32,000 nt of DNA from Mycolicibacterium smegmatis (GTDB lineage Bacteria; Actinomycetota; Actinomycetes; Mycobacteriales; Mycobacteriaceae): positions 3,390,001 through 3,422,000 of the forward strand of contig NZ_LN831039.1 of the NCBI RefSeq assembly GCF_001457595.1, given 5' to 3'. A program made the position numbers and the translations under genes. Below are positions 1-8,770 of the stretch, one piece after another; within the stretch, counting starts at the first letter, position 1, and the number at the start of each line of letters is the position of its first letter. The notes under the pieces were generated by a model. The model was not told where the DNA came from. It saw only the letters and a program-made list of their open reading frames with translations, and ran no database searches.

Positions 1-569
1 AAGCACTCATCCGACTCGATCTCGCCGAGATGTTGCGCGAGGAGGGGTATGAGGTTGTCGGTGAGGCCGGAGACGGCCAGGAGGCCGTCGAGATGGCCGA
101 GAGCCTGCGGCCGGATCTCGTGATCATGGACGTCAAGATGCCGCGGCGCGACGGCATCGACGCGGCCTCGGAGATCGCCTCCAAGCGCATCGCGCCCATC
201 GTGATCCTGACGGCCTTCAGCCAGCGCGAGTTGGTGGAGCGTGCCCGCGACGCAGGCGCCATGGCCTACCTGGTGAAGCCGTTCAACATCAACGACCTGG
301 TGCCTGCCATCGAGGTCGCGGTCAGCCGCTTCGCAGAGCTGAGTGCACTGGAGACCGAGGTCGCGACGCTGTCGGAGCGACTGGAGACCCGCAAGCTCGT
401 CGAACGTGCCAAAGGTTTGCTACAGGCCAAGTACAAGATGACCGAGCCCGAGGCGTTCAAGTGGATCCAGCGGGCCGCGATGGACCGGCGCACGACGATG
501 AAGCGGGTGGCCGAGGTGGTGCTCGAGACGTTGGACGACACCAAGCAGGCCCCGGCGCCTGAGCAGTGA
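1..569 (+). CDS. pdtaR: ANTAR-domain response regulator, PdtaR-like (5' end truncated by window)
   Basis: Open frame from base 3 (ALIRLDLAEMLREEGYEVVGEAGDGQEAVE) continuing to 569; receiver domain (VIMDVKMPRRDG, LVKPF) plus C-terminal ANTAR helices (LVERAKGLLQAKYKMTEPEAFKWIQRAAMDRRTTMKRVAEVVLE). Confidence 0.93.
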   Translation, partial: ALIRLDLAEMLREEGYEVVGEAGDGQEAVEMAESLRPDLVIMDVKMPRRDGIDAASEIASKRIAPIVILTAFSQRELVERARDAGAMAYLVKPFNINDLVPAIEVAVSRFAELSALETEVATLSERLETRKLVERAKGLLQAKYKMTEPEAFKWIQRAAMDRRTTMKRVAEVVLETLDDTKQAPAPEQ

Positions 570-713
570 GCGCCCGTCGCCTCGGTTAATTATTCGTTTC
601 AGGGCTCACGCACACGCGGTGTTCTCGAGGTTTTCACCGGCATTTATACGGAACAGCGAACGACGCGCCGGAAACGCATCGTTCAACATCGCGCACGCAG
701 GGCGGTGGTTGGC

Positions 714-719
714 TATGTT
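714..719 (+). promoter_or_regulatory. Candidate -10 element (TATGTT, fits TANNNT) upstream of the liv-type operon
   Basis: TATGTT about 80 nt upstream of the ATG at 799 in the 229-nt intergenic region; no convincing -35. Confidence 0.3.
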
Positions 720-798
720 CTACCCGGAGCGTCGGCGGCATCCCGGAAACCGGGTCTCGCCAACGGCGTCGCTGACAACTTTGACCCGGAGGTGAAGC

Positions 799-2010
799 GT
801 GCGCGGTCGCGTGGCACGAAAGGCATTTGCTCTCGGTAGTGCGGGAGTGGTGGCGCTGGCAATTGCCGGCTGTAATCAGTCGACGCCCGAAGAGGAAGCA
901 GCCCAGACCGACCTGAAGATCGTCGAGAAGGTGCAGATCGACGAGAACGGTGCCGAGGTGACGGGCGCGGGCGATGTGACCCCCGCCGATCCCGCAGGTG
1001 ACGGAAACGCCGTGTGCCCGCCGGTGATGATCGCGATGATGGGCGCCCTCAACGGCCCCGACGCCGCGCTCGGCATCAACATCAAGAACGGCGTGCAGAT
1101 GGCGATCGACAAGCACAACGCCGCCAACGCCCAGTGCCAGGTTCAGCTGAAAGCGTTTGACACCGAAGGTGATCCGCAGAAGGCCACCGGTGTCGCACCG
1201 CAGATCGTCGACGAGCCGTTCATCATCGGCGTGGTCGGCCCCGCGTTCTCGGGCGAGACCAAGGCCACCGGTGACGTGTTCAACCAGGCCGGTCTGGTGG
1301 CGACCACCGCATCGGCCACCAACGTCCAGCTGAGCGAGAACGGCTGGCGCACGTTCTTCCGCGGCCTGGCGAACGACGGCGTGCAGGGTCCGTCGGTGGC
1401 CAACTACATGAAGAACACCCTGGAGAACAAGAAGGTCTGCGTCGTCGACGACAGCACCGACTACGGTCTGGGGCTCGCCGAGGCCGTGCGCACGACGCTC
1501 GGACCGGTCGCCGACGCCTCGTGCAACATCTCGGTGAAGAAGGGCGACAAGGACTTCTCGGCCGCCGTCACCCAAATCAAGGGCGCCGCACCGGATTCGG
1601 TGTTCTACAGCGGGTACTACTCGGAGGCCGCGCCGTTCGTGCAGCAGCTCAAGGACGGCGGCGTGGAGGCGACGTTCATCAGTGCAGACGGCACGAAGGA
1701 TCCCGAGTTCGTCAAGCAGGCCGGCGAGTCCTCCAAGGGTGCGCTGCTGTCGTGCCCGTGCGGCCCGGCCACCGCCGAGTTCGCCGAGGAGTACACGCAG
1801 AAGTTCGGTCAGGAACCCGGCACCTACAGCACCGAGGGCTACGACCTGGGCACGATCCTGCTGAAGGGCATCGACTCCGGCGCCATCACCCGCGCCGACC
1901 TGCTCAACTACGTCCGCAACTACGAGGGCCAGGGCGTGGCCCGTAAGTACCAGTGGACCGACAACGGCGAGCTGACCACCACCCTGATCTGGATGTACGA
2001 CGTCCAGTAA
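799..2010 (+). CDS. Branched-chain amino-acid-type (or related) ABC transporter substrate-binding lipoprotein
   Basis: Signal peptide with lipobox (ALAIAGC), periplasmic-binding fold text (VVGPAFSGETKA, YYSEAAPFVQQLKDGGV), followed by livHMGF homologues. Confidence 0.92.
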   Translation: MRGRVARKAFALGSAGVVALAIAGCNQSTPEEEAAQTDLKIVEKVQIDENGAEVTGAGDVTPADPAGDGNAVCPPVMIAMMGALNGPDAALGINIKNGVQMAIDKHNAANAQCQVQLKAFDTEGDPQKATGVAPQIVDEPFIIGVVGPAFSGETKATGDVFNQAGLVATTASATNVQLSENGWRTFFRGLANDGVQGPSVANYMKNTLENKKVCVVDDSTDYGLGLAEAVRTTLGPVADASCNISVKKGDKDFSAAVTQIKGAAPDSVFYSGYYSEAAPFVQQLKDGGVEATFISADGTKDPEFVKQAGESSKGALLSCPCGPATAEFAEEYTQKFGQEPGTYSTEGYDLGTILLKGIDSGAITRADLLNYVRNYEGQGVARKYQWTDNGELTTTLIWMYDVQ

Positions 2011-2019
2011 ATCGTCTGC

Positions 2020-2056
2020 CGAAACGCGTCCGGGGCCGCTCCCCGGGCGCGTTTCG
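2020..2056 (+). terminator. Strong intercistronic stem-loop between SBP and first permease gene (attenuator or RNA-stabilising hairpin)
   Basis: CGAAACGCGTCCGGGG-ccgct-CCCCGGGCGCGTTTCG: 16-bp stem with one G-U type position, 5-nt loop; no U-tract. Confidence 0.7.
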
Positions 2057-2088
2057 CTACCCACCACTCATCAGGGAGCCGCCACCGG

Positions 2089-3126
2089 ATGATCCACCAG
2101 TGCGTCGACCAGTACATCTGTCTGGCCGACAACATCAATTTCAACCTCGACGGGCTGCGTAACGGCTTCTGGCAGTTGACCATCGACGGCCTGTCATGGG
2201 GCGCGATCTACGCGCTCGTGGCGGTCGGCTACACGCTGGTGTTCGGCGTGCTGCGGCTGATCAACTTCGCGCACTCCGAGATCTTCATGCTCGGCATGTT
2301 CGGTGCGTACTTCTGCCTCGACGTGATCCTCGGGTTCACCCCGAGCGGCAACGCCTACAACAAGGGCATCGGGCTGACGGTCCTGTATCTGGGCATCGCG
2401 ATGCTGTTCGCGATGCTGGTCTCGGGATCGGCGGCGATCGGGCTGGAGTTCATCGCCTACCGTCCACTGCGAAAACGCAACGCGCGGGCGCTGACCTTCC
2501 TCATCACCGCGATCGGCATGTCGTTCGTGCTGCAGGAATTCGTGCACTTCGTGCTGCCCAAGCTGATGAAGGGCTACGGCGGCAGCAACGCGCAGCAGCC
2601 GATCACGCTGGTGCAGCCCAAGGCCCAGTTCACGGTGTTCGGTGCGACGGTGTCCAACGTGACGCTCGTGATCGTCGTGTCGGCGCTCATCCTCGCGCTG
2701 CTGACCGACATCGCGCTCAACCGCACCAAGTTCGGGCGCGGGATCCGCGCCGTGGCACAGGATCCCACCACCGCGACGCTGATGGGTGTGTCGCGCGAGC
2801 GGATCATCATGACGACGTTCCTCATCGGCGGCCTGCTGGCCGGCGCCGCGGCACTGCTCTACACCCTGAAGGTGCCGCAGGGCATCATCTACTCGGGCGG
2901 CTTCCTGCTCGGCATCAAGGCGTTCTCGGCGGCGGTGCTCGGCGGCATCGGCAACCTGCGTGGCGCACTGCTGGGCGGTCTGCTGCTCGGCATCATGGAG
3001 AACTACGGGCAGGCGGTGTTCGGCACCCAGTGGCGTGACGTGGTCGCGTTCGTCCTGCTCGTTCTGGTCCTGTTGTTCCGGCCGACCGGAATACTCGGTG
3101 AGAGCCTCGGGAAGGCGCGAGTATGA
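2089..3126 (+). CDS. livH: Branched-chain amino-acid ABC transporter permease (LivH type)
   Basis: Multi-TM protein, WGAIYALVAVGYTLVFGVLRLINFAHSEIFMLG typical of LivH N-terminus; operon position. Confidence 0.92.
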   Translation: MIHQCVDQYICLADNINFNLDGLRNGFWQLTIDGLSWGAIYALVAVGYTLVFGVLRLINFAHSEIFMLGMFGAYFCLDVILGFTPSGNAYNKGIGLTVLYLGIAMLFAMLVSGSAAIGLEFIAYRPLRKRNARALTFLITAIGMSFVLQEFVHFVLPKLMKGYGGSNAQQPITLVQPKAQFTVFGATVSNVTLVIVVSALILALLTDIALNRTKFGRGIRAVAQDPTTATLMGVSRERIIMTTFLIGGLLAGAAALLYTLKVPQGIIYSGGFLLGIKAFSAAVLGGIGNLRGALLGGLLLGIMENYGQAVFGTQWRDVVAFVLLVLVLLFRPTGILGESLGKARV

Positions 3127-4337
3127 GTGATCAGCACACACAGCAGAATCCGGGGGAGAACACCAGCTCGTTGGCCAGAACCCTGCTGGCGCCCGGCGAC
3201 ATCATCCGCGAGCAGTGGTCGACGTTGCCGCGCGTGGCCAAGTGGGCCGTCGGCGTCATCGGTTTCGGGCTGCTGGCCCTGCTGCCGTTGTTCACCCCGG
3301 GCTTCCTGAACACGCCAGGCATCAGCTTCGGCGGCACCATGGCGCAGTTCGCGATGGTCGCGATCATCGCGATCGGACTCAACGTCGTGGTCGGCCAGGC
3401 CGGTCTGCTCGACCTGGGCTATGTCGGTTTCTACGCCGTCGGCGCCTACACCGTCGCACTGCTCACCAGCCCGTCGAGCCCGTGGAACATCGTCGGTGTC
3501 GACAAGTTCCTCAGCAGCGACTGGGCCTGGTTGGCATGTGTCCCACTGGCAATGGCGATCACCGCGATCGCAGGCCTGATCCTCGGCACCCCGACGTTGC
3601 GGTTGCGCGGCGACTACCTCGCGATCGTCACGCTGGGCTTCGGCGAGATCATCCGGCTCATGGCGGACAACCTGTCCGACATCACCAACGGTGCACGCGG
3701 CCTGAACCAGGTGGCGTATCCGCGACTGGGCGAGAGCGAGAAGCTGCCGAACGGGGTGTTCTCCAGCGGCAATTCGACCGGCCTCGCCAACTACGGCACG
3801 TGGTGGTTCTGGCTGGGGGTTGCGCTGATCGTCGGGATCCTGCTGCTGGTCGGCAATCTCGAGCGCAGCCGTGTCGGACGTGCGTGGATCGCGATCCGCG
3901 AGGACGAGGACGCCGCCGAGGTGATGGGCGTCAACGCCTTCAAGTTCAAGCTGTGGGCGTTCACCATCGGCGCTGCCATCGGCGGACTGTCCGGCGCGCT
4001 GTACGCGGGCCAGGTGCAGTACGTGGCCCCGCAGACGTTCAACATCATCAACTCGATGCTGTTCCTGTGTGCGGTGGTGCTCGGCGGCCAGGGCAACAAG
4101 CTCGGTGTGATCTTCGGTGCGTTCGTCATCGTCTACCTGCCCAACCGCCTGCTCGGGGTCGAGTTCCTCGGCATCAACCTCGGCGACCTGAAGTACCTGT
4201 TCTTCGGACTCGCCCTGGTGGTACTGATGATCTTCCGGCCGCAGGGCCTGTTCCCCGCGCGTCAGCATCTGCTGACGTACGGCAAGGCGGCGCGGGACCT
4301 GCTGCGGGCCACCCCGGTGAAGGAGCACACGTCATGA
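3123..4337 (+). CDS. livM: Branched-chain amino-acid ABC transporter permease (LivM type)
   Basis: Starts overlapping livH stop (ATGA); VVGQAGLLDLGYVGFYAVGAYT and LTLRLRGDYLAIVTLGFGEI are LivM signatures. Confidence 0.92.
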   Translation: MSDQHTQQNPGENTSSLARTLLAPGDIIREQWSTLPRVAKWAVGVIGFGLLALLPLFTPGFLNTPGISFGGTMAQFAMVAIIAIGLNVVVGQAGLLDLGYVGFYAVGAYTVALLTSPSSPWNIVGVDKFLSSDWAWLACVPLAMAITAIAGLILGTPTLRLRGDYLAIVTLGFGEIIRLMADNLSDITNGARGLNQVAYPRLGESEKLPNGVFSSGNSTGLANYGTWWFWLGVALIVGILLLVGNLERSRVGRAWIAIREDEDAAEVMGVNAFKFKLWAFTIGAAIGGLSGALYAGQVQYVAPQTFNIINSMLFLCAVVLGGQGNKLGVIFGAFVIVYLPNRLLGVEFLGINLGDLKYLFFGLALVVLMIFRPQGLFPARQHLLTYGKAARDLLRATPVKEHTS

Positions 4338-5188
4338 CCGAGCCTCCCCAGGTGGCAGAGGAAGTCATCGAGGATCTGGCCGGCGTCCACCGGGAGATCA
4401 ACGCGGCCGAGGGTGAGATCCTTCTGCAGACGCACGATCTGACCGTCAAGTTCGGCGGGCTCGTGGCGCTCGACTCGGTGAACTTCAACATCCGTCGCGG
4501 CGAGATCCTCGGTCTCATCGGACCCAACGGTGCGGGCAAGACCACGTGCTTCAACGCGATCACGGGTGTCTACCGCCCGAGTTCGGGCTCGGTGACGTTC
4601 GACGGTGCGCCGCTGGGCCGGATCAAACGGCACCAGATCACGCGTCGTGGCATCGCGCGCACCTTCCAGAACATCCGGCTGTTCGGCGAGATGACGGCAC
4701 TGGAGAACGTCATGGTCGGCACCGACGCCCGGCACCGCACCTCGGTGCCGGGGGCGCTGATCCGCTCACCGCGGCATTTCCGCGAGGAGCGCTCGGCGGT
4801 CGAGAGATCGGCTGCATTGCTCCACTTTGTGGGCATCGCGCACCGGGGCGAGGAGAAGGCCAAGAACCTTTCGTACGGCGATCAGCGTCGCCTGGAGATC
4901 GCGCGAGCGCTGGCGACCGAACCCAAGCTGCTGTGTCTCGACGAACCCGCGGCCGGGTTCAACCCGAGCGAGAAGGCCGCGCTGATCGATCTGATCCGCA
5001 AGATCCGCGACGACGGATACACCGTGCTGCTGATCGAGCACGACATGCGTCTGGTCATGGGTGTCACCGACCGCATCGTGGTTCTGGAGTTCGGCCGCAA
5101 GATCGCCGACGGCCTGCCCTCGCAGATCCGGGAGGATCCGAAGGTGATCGCCGCATACCTGGGGGTACCCGATGACGAAATCCGGTGA
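4334..5188 (+). CDS. livG: Branched-chain amino-acid ABC transporter ATP-binding protein (LivG type)
   Basis: ATG at 4334 overlapping livM stop; Walker A GPNGAGKT, signature LSYGDQRRLEIARAL, Walker B LLCLDEPAAG. The longer ORF from 3215 is antisense-free read-through only. Confidence 0.92.
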   Translation: MTEPPQVAEEVIEDLAGVHREINAAEGEILLQTHDLTVKFGGLVALDSVNFNIRRGEILGLIGPNGAGKTTCFNAITGVYRPSSGSVTFDGAPLGRIKRHQITRRGIARTFQNIRLFGEMTALENVMVGTDARHRTSVPGALIRSPRHFREERSAVERSAALLHFVGIAHRGEEKAKNLSYGDQRRLEIARALATEPKLLCLDEPAAGFNPSEKAALIDLIRKIRDDGYTVLLIEHDMRLVMGVTDRIVVLEFGRKIADGLPSQIREDPKVIAAYLGVPDDEIR

Positions 5189-5918
5189 GACGACGCGCAA
5201 GGTGCTCCTCGAGGTGCGCGATGCGGTCGTGCACTACGGCAGAATCCGTGCGCTGCACGGCGTTTCGCTCGTGGTCCACGAGGGTGAACTGGTCACGCTG
5301 TTGGGGTCCAACGGTGCAGGCAAGACCACGATGATGCGTGCGATCTCGGGCCTGCGTCCGCTGACATCAGGTTCGGTGTGGTTCGACGGGCAGGACATCT
5401 CCCGTATGAAGGCACACCGGCGGGTCACCGAGGGCCTCATCCAGGCTCCGGAGGGCCGCGGCGTGTTCCCGGGCATGACCGTCGTGGAGAACCTGGAGAT
5501 GGGTTGCTACGGACGGAAATTCCCGTCGCGCCAGGAGCACGCCGAACGCCTGGACTGGGTGTTCGAGACGTTCCCGCGGCTGGCCGAGCGACGCAGCCAG
5601 GTCGGCGGCACGCTCTCCGGCGGTGAGCAGCAGATGCTCGCGATCGGCCGCGCGCTCATGGCCCGCCCGAAGATCCTGCTGCTCGACGAGCCGTCGATGG
5701 GCCTGGCGCCCATGGTGATCTCCCAGATCTTCCGGATCATCGCCGACATCAACTCGCAGGGCACCACGGTGCTGCTGGTCGAGCAGAACGCCCAGCAGGC
5801 CCTCAGCCGCTCCGACCGCGCCTACATCCTCGAGACCGGCAACATCACCCGCACCGGCGTGGCGCGGGAGTTGCTGCAGGACGACAGCATTCGCGCGGCC
5901 TACCTCGGCGTGGCCTGA
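5172..5918 (+). CDS. livF: Branched-chain amino-acid ABC transporter ATP-binding protein (LivF type)
   Basis: Walker A GSNGAGKTT, LSGGEQQMLAIGRALMARPKILLLDEPSMGL. Confidence 0.93.
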   Translation: MTKSGETTRKVLLEVRDAVVHYGRIRALHGVSLVVHEGELVTLLGSNGAGKTTMMRAISGLRPLTSGSVWFDGQDISRMKAHRRVTEGLIQAPEGRGVFPGMTVVENLEMGCYGRKFPSRQEHAERLDWVFETFPRLAERRSQVGGTLSGGEQQMLAIGRALMARPKILLLDEPSMGLAPMVISQIFRIIADINSQGTTVLLVEQNAQQALSRSDRAYILETGNITRTGVARELLQDDSIRAAYLGVA

Positions 5919-5927
5919 AACTGGCCT

Positions 5928-6016
5928 ACTCGGCACCGCGAGAAGCGCTGACTCGGCACCGCGAACGTGCGCGTCTGCGCCCCGACACGCCGCGCAAAAT
6001 GCAGCAAAAGCGCACG
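5928..6016. repeat. Direct repeat of ACTCGGCACCGCGA (x2, period 23) plus adjacent imperfect hairpin
   Basis: ACTCGGCACCGCGA at 5928-5941 and 5951-5964; CGTGCGC (5966-5972) and CTGC (5975-5978) complementary to GCAG (6001-6004) and GCGCACG (6010-6016). Confidence 0.6.
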
Positions 6017-6038
6017 CTCACGGCATGCTGAAGTGGTG

Positions 6039-6365
6039 ATGGTCGGAAAATCCGTCGTGCTGTTCGTGCTCGCCGCGGTGCTCGAGATCGGCGGCGCCTG
6101 GCTCGTGTGGCAGGGACTCCGTGAGCAGCGCGGCTGGCTGTGGGCGGGCGCGGGCGTGATCGCGCTGGGCGCATACGGTTTCGTCGCGGCGTTCCAACCC
6201 GACGCCAACTTCGGCCGCGTGCTGGCCGCCTACGGAGGGGTGTTCATCGCCGGATCCCTGCTGTGGGGCATGATCGCCGACGGTTTCCGGCCCGACCGCT
6301 GGGACGTCGCAGGCGCCGCGGTGGCCCTGGTGGGCGTCGGGCTCATCATGTACGCCCCGCGCTGA
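6039..6365 (+). CDS. UPF0060 / YnfA-like small membrane protein
   Basis: Four-TM protein [39 protein letters not shown]...[50 protein letters not shown]; alternative GTG starts at 6033/6036. Confidence 0.85.
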
Positions 6366-6369
6366 CCCG

Positions 6370-7287
6370 TCAGGTCAAATGGGCGCTGTCGTCGTCGAGG
6401 TCGTCGCGGCGCAGTCCCATCGGAGTGTCCACCGGTATGTCGCCCGCCGCCACCACGAGCCGCGTAATGGGCGTGAGTGTCGCGAACAACGTCTCCACCT
6501 CGGTGTCGGTGAGCGCTTCGAGTGCGGTCAACGCCAGCGTGTCGGTGCGGTCCTCGACGTGCTTCTTGATGGCCCGGCCGGCTTCGGTCAGTTCTCCCGC
6601 GCCGTCGAGCCAACCCCGTCGCCGGAGCGCGTCGACGTGGAGGTTCCACTGTTCGTCGTCGTAGTCGCGGCTGCGTTTGATCATCTCGGCGGGCACCCGG
6701 CCCGCGGCGGCGTGCAGCACATTGCACTCGCGGCCACTGATCCCTTCGGCGGCGAGCACGGCGACGTGCGCGTCACCGCGCTGTTCCCGCAGCAGGGTGA
6801 CGGCGTGCCACAACATCGCGACGGGTTCGTCAGGCCAGTCGAGCGCGCGGTTCGCCGCGAACAGGGGCCGCGCGTCGAGGGGTGCATTCCTGGCGGCCGC
6901 TGCGGCGAGATCGGCGGCCGTGCGCGTGGCGGGGGAGTCGGTGACTCCCGCTCGGCGCAGCGCCGCCACCGCGGCTTCCGAACGCACTGCCAACACGGTC
7001 GACGGGGCGGCGAGATCCCACACCGCGGGCAGTGTTTTCGCGACGCGCTCCGGGGTGAAGTTGTAGAACACCGCGGCGACGACCTCGGGGGCCACCCGGC
7101 CCAGCGGCGCGGAGCGCGCGGCGAAATATCCCTGCCAGAAACCGCGGAAGCCGAGGCCCTCGAGCGCGGAGCGGCTTTCACCGGAGAAATAGGTGACGGC
7201 GTGTACCGGCTCGAGACGGTCGAAGAAGCGACGCGCGAGCGATGGCGAGCGACCCACGCGATCAGTTAACCAAAGCTCGATCACCAT
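6370..7287 (-). CDS. SCO6745-like conserved hypothetical protein (possible winged-helix C-terminal part)
   Basis: ARRFFDRLEPVHAVTYFSGESRSALEGLGFRGFWQGYFAARSAPLGRV resembles the actinobacterial SCO6745 family; ATG (minus) at 7287. Confidence 0.7.
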   Translation of the reverse strand: MVIELWLTDRVGRSPSLARRFFDRLEPVHAVTYFSGESRSALEGLGFRGFWQGYFAARSAPLGRVAPEVVAAVFYNFTPERVAKTLPAVWDLAAPSTVLAVRSEAAVAALRRAGVTDSPATRTAADLAAAAARNAPLDARPLFAANRALDWPDEPVAMLWHAVTLLREQRGDAHVAVLAAEGISGRECNVLHAAAGRVPAEMIKRSRDYDDEQWNLHVDALRRRGWLDGAGELTEAGRAIKKHVEDRTDTLALTALEALTDTEVETLFATLTPITRLVVAAGDIPVDTPMGLRRDDLDDDSAHLT

Positions 7288-7314
7288 CGGCAGGGCGGGG
7301 GCCGGCACACAGAA

Positions 7315-7350
7315 CCGGGCCCTCGACTCCGAACGGAGTTGAGGGCCCGG
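7315..7350 (-). terminator. Probable intrinsic terminator/attenuator-like hairpin
   Basis: CCGGGCCCTCGACTCC-gaac-GGAGTTGAGGGCCCGG: 16-bp stem (one G-U/A-C position), tetraloop; sits between the 3' end of the RDD gene (7373) and the next minus-strand gene (7287). Confidence 0.75.
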
Positions 7351-7372
7351 CTCTTTGGTCGTTCTTCCTGGC

Positions 7373-7858
7373 TCAGCCGTGCAGCACCTGCGTGCCACCT
7401 GCGAGTTCGTCGTGCTTACCCTGCTTGGTGGAGCTGCCCGCGATGGTGACCGCGATGATGATGATCGCGATCACGCCCAGCAGACCACCGACGAACGGCA
7501 CGATCGGCAGCAGCGTCCACGAGTTGCGGATCGCTGATTCCTTCGCGGTCGGTTTGGGCGTTGCCGCGCCGCGCACCGACAGGCCAAGGATCTTCTTGCC
7601 CGGCGTCCATCCCTGTGACACCTCGAACGCGACGAAGTAGATGAACGTCAGCAGACCGGTGAACAGACCGGTCACCCAGATGCTCGACAGCGAATCGGTG
7701 AAGAACGCGAGCAGATAAGAGACGATGCCGACGAAGATCCCGTCGATGAAGCGCGCAAAGAAGCGTCGTCCCAAACCACCCGGCGCCGCTGCGCCGCCGT
7801 GCGGCGGATAGCCGGCGGGTTGCCCGTACTGTCCCGGTTGCGGCTGATAATCAGTCAT
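7373..7858 (-). CDS. RDD family membrane protein
   Basis: Pro/Gly/Tyr/Gln-rich N-terminus then RRFFARFIDGIFVGIVSYLL and GWTPGKKILGLSVRG, typical RDD features. Confidence 0.88.
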   Translation of the reverse strand: MTDYQPQPGQYGQPAGYPPHGGAAAPGGLGRRFFARFIDGIFVGIVSYLLAFFTDSLSSIWVTGLFTGLLTFIYFVAFEVSQGWTPGKKILGLSVRGAATPKPTAKESAIRNSWTLLPIVPFVGGLLGVIAIIIIAVTIAGSSTKQGKHDELAGGTQVLHG

Positions 7859-7867
7859 ACGACCAAA

Positions 7868-8770
7868 CTACCGGCGACGCGCCTGCTTGAGTTGCTTTCG
7901 CGTGCGATTCGCCAGGACATTGCCGTGCGCACGTGCGGTTTCGGCGAGTTCCGGGGCGGCCTCACGCGCGGTCTCGGCCAGTTCTGCGCCGCGCCCTCGT
8001 GCCACGTCGGCAAACTCCAGTCCGCGTTTCTGTGCCACGTCGGCAAACTCCAGGCCGCGCTCCCGCGCCACGTCGGCGAGCACCGCGCCCCGCTCGGCAA
8101 GGTGCGCGCTGCGTTCACGGGCGGCCTCGGCGAGTTCGGGGGCGTGTTCTCGGGCCGCGTGAGCCAGTTCCGCAGCACGCTCGCGGGCGATCTCGGCGAG
8201 TTCGCGTCCACGCTCGGCGCCCACGGACAGGCCGTGTCCGAGCTTTTCGGCCACTGCGCTGTCGGCGATCGACTCGCTCGCTGCGGCGCCGGCAGGCAAT
8301 GCGGCCGCCACCGATGCGGTCACCTTGTGTGCCGCGCGGCGACCACGCCAGGCCAGCGACGGCTTGCCCTCGGTGTCCGCGGCGGCGATGATCAGGCCGC
8401 CGATGAGGCTCAGATCGGTGAGGAACTCGCGGCGCTCCTGTGCGGACCGCTGGGGATCGGACTCCTTCCAGAAGCTGTGGGAGCCAAGGCTGCCCGGGAC
8501 GACGCTGAGCGCCAGTGCGGCCGCGGTCAGGCGCGGCATCTTGCCGGACGCCAACAACAGGCCGCCGACGACCTGGACCGCGCCGTTGATCTTGGCGACG
8601 GTCTCGGCGTCGGACGGCACCTTGGATCCGACGGGATCGGGCAGTGAACTCATCATGCCCAACGTGGGTCGGGCCGCGTCGGCGGCCGGTTTGGGGTTCC
8701 GCAGGGCGTCCACTCCGCGGGCGATGAAGGTCGCCGACAACATCGGTCGCGCAATTCTTCTGATCAACAT
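7868..8770 (-). CDS. DoxX-like membrane protein with C-terminal hendecad (11-residue) repeat helix
   Basis: RRIARPMLSATFIARGVDALRNP...KINGAVQVVGGLLLASGKMPRLTAAALA is DoxX-like; C-terminus is nine 11-aa units. Confidence 0.82.
   Translation of the reverse strand: MLIRRIARPMLSATFIARGVDALRNPKPAADAARPTLGMMSSLPDPVGSKVPSDAETVAKINGAVQVVGGLLLASGKMPRLTAAALALSVVPGSLGSHSFWKESDPQRSAQERREFLTDLSLIGGLIIAAADTEGKPSLAWRGRRAAHKVTASVAAALPAGAAASESIADSAVAEKLGHGLSVGAERGRELAEIARERAAELAHAAREHAPELAEAARERSAHLAERGAVLADVARERGLEFADVAQKRGLEFADVARGRGAELAETAREAAPELAETARAHGNVLANRTRKQLKQARRR
7913..8209 (-). repeat. Nine 33-nt coding repeats encoding 11-residue units (GRELAEIARER-like)
   Basis: GRELAEIARER/AAELAHAAREH/APELAEAARER/SAHLAERGAVL/ADVARERGLEF/ADVAQKRGLEF/ADVARGRGAEL/AETAREAAPEL/AETARAHGNVL. 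Confidence 0.85.

Noticed and set aside
634-2067. 477-aa minus-strand ORF opposite the SBP gene
   Set aside because: Antisense shadow ORF of a GC-rich gene; the plus strand encodes a clear lipoprotein SBP while the minus translation is low-complexity with no family features.
3003-4328. 441-aa minus-strand ORF opposite livM
   Set aside because: Shadow ORF; plus strand carries unmistakable LivM.
7913-8209. 33-nt periodic repeats considered as a possible CRISPR or VNTR array
   Set aside because: No unique spacers between conserved repeats; periodicity is in-frame 11-aa protein repeats inside the DoxX-like gene.
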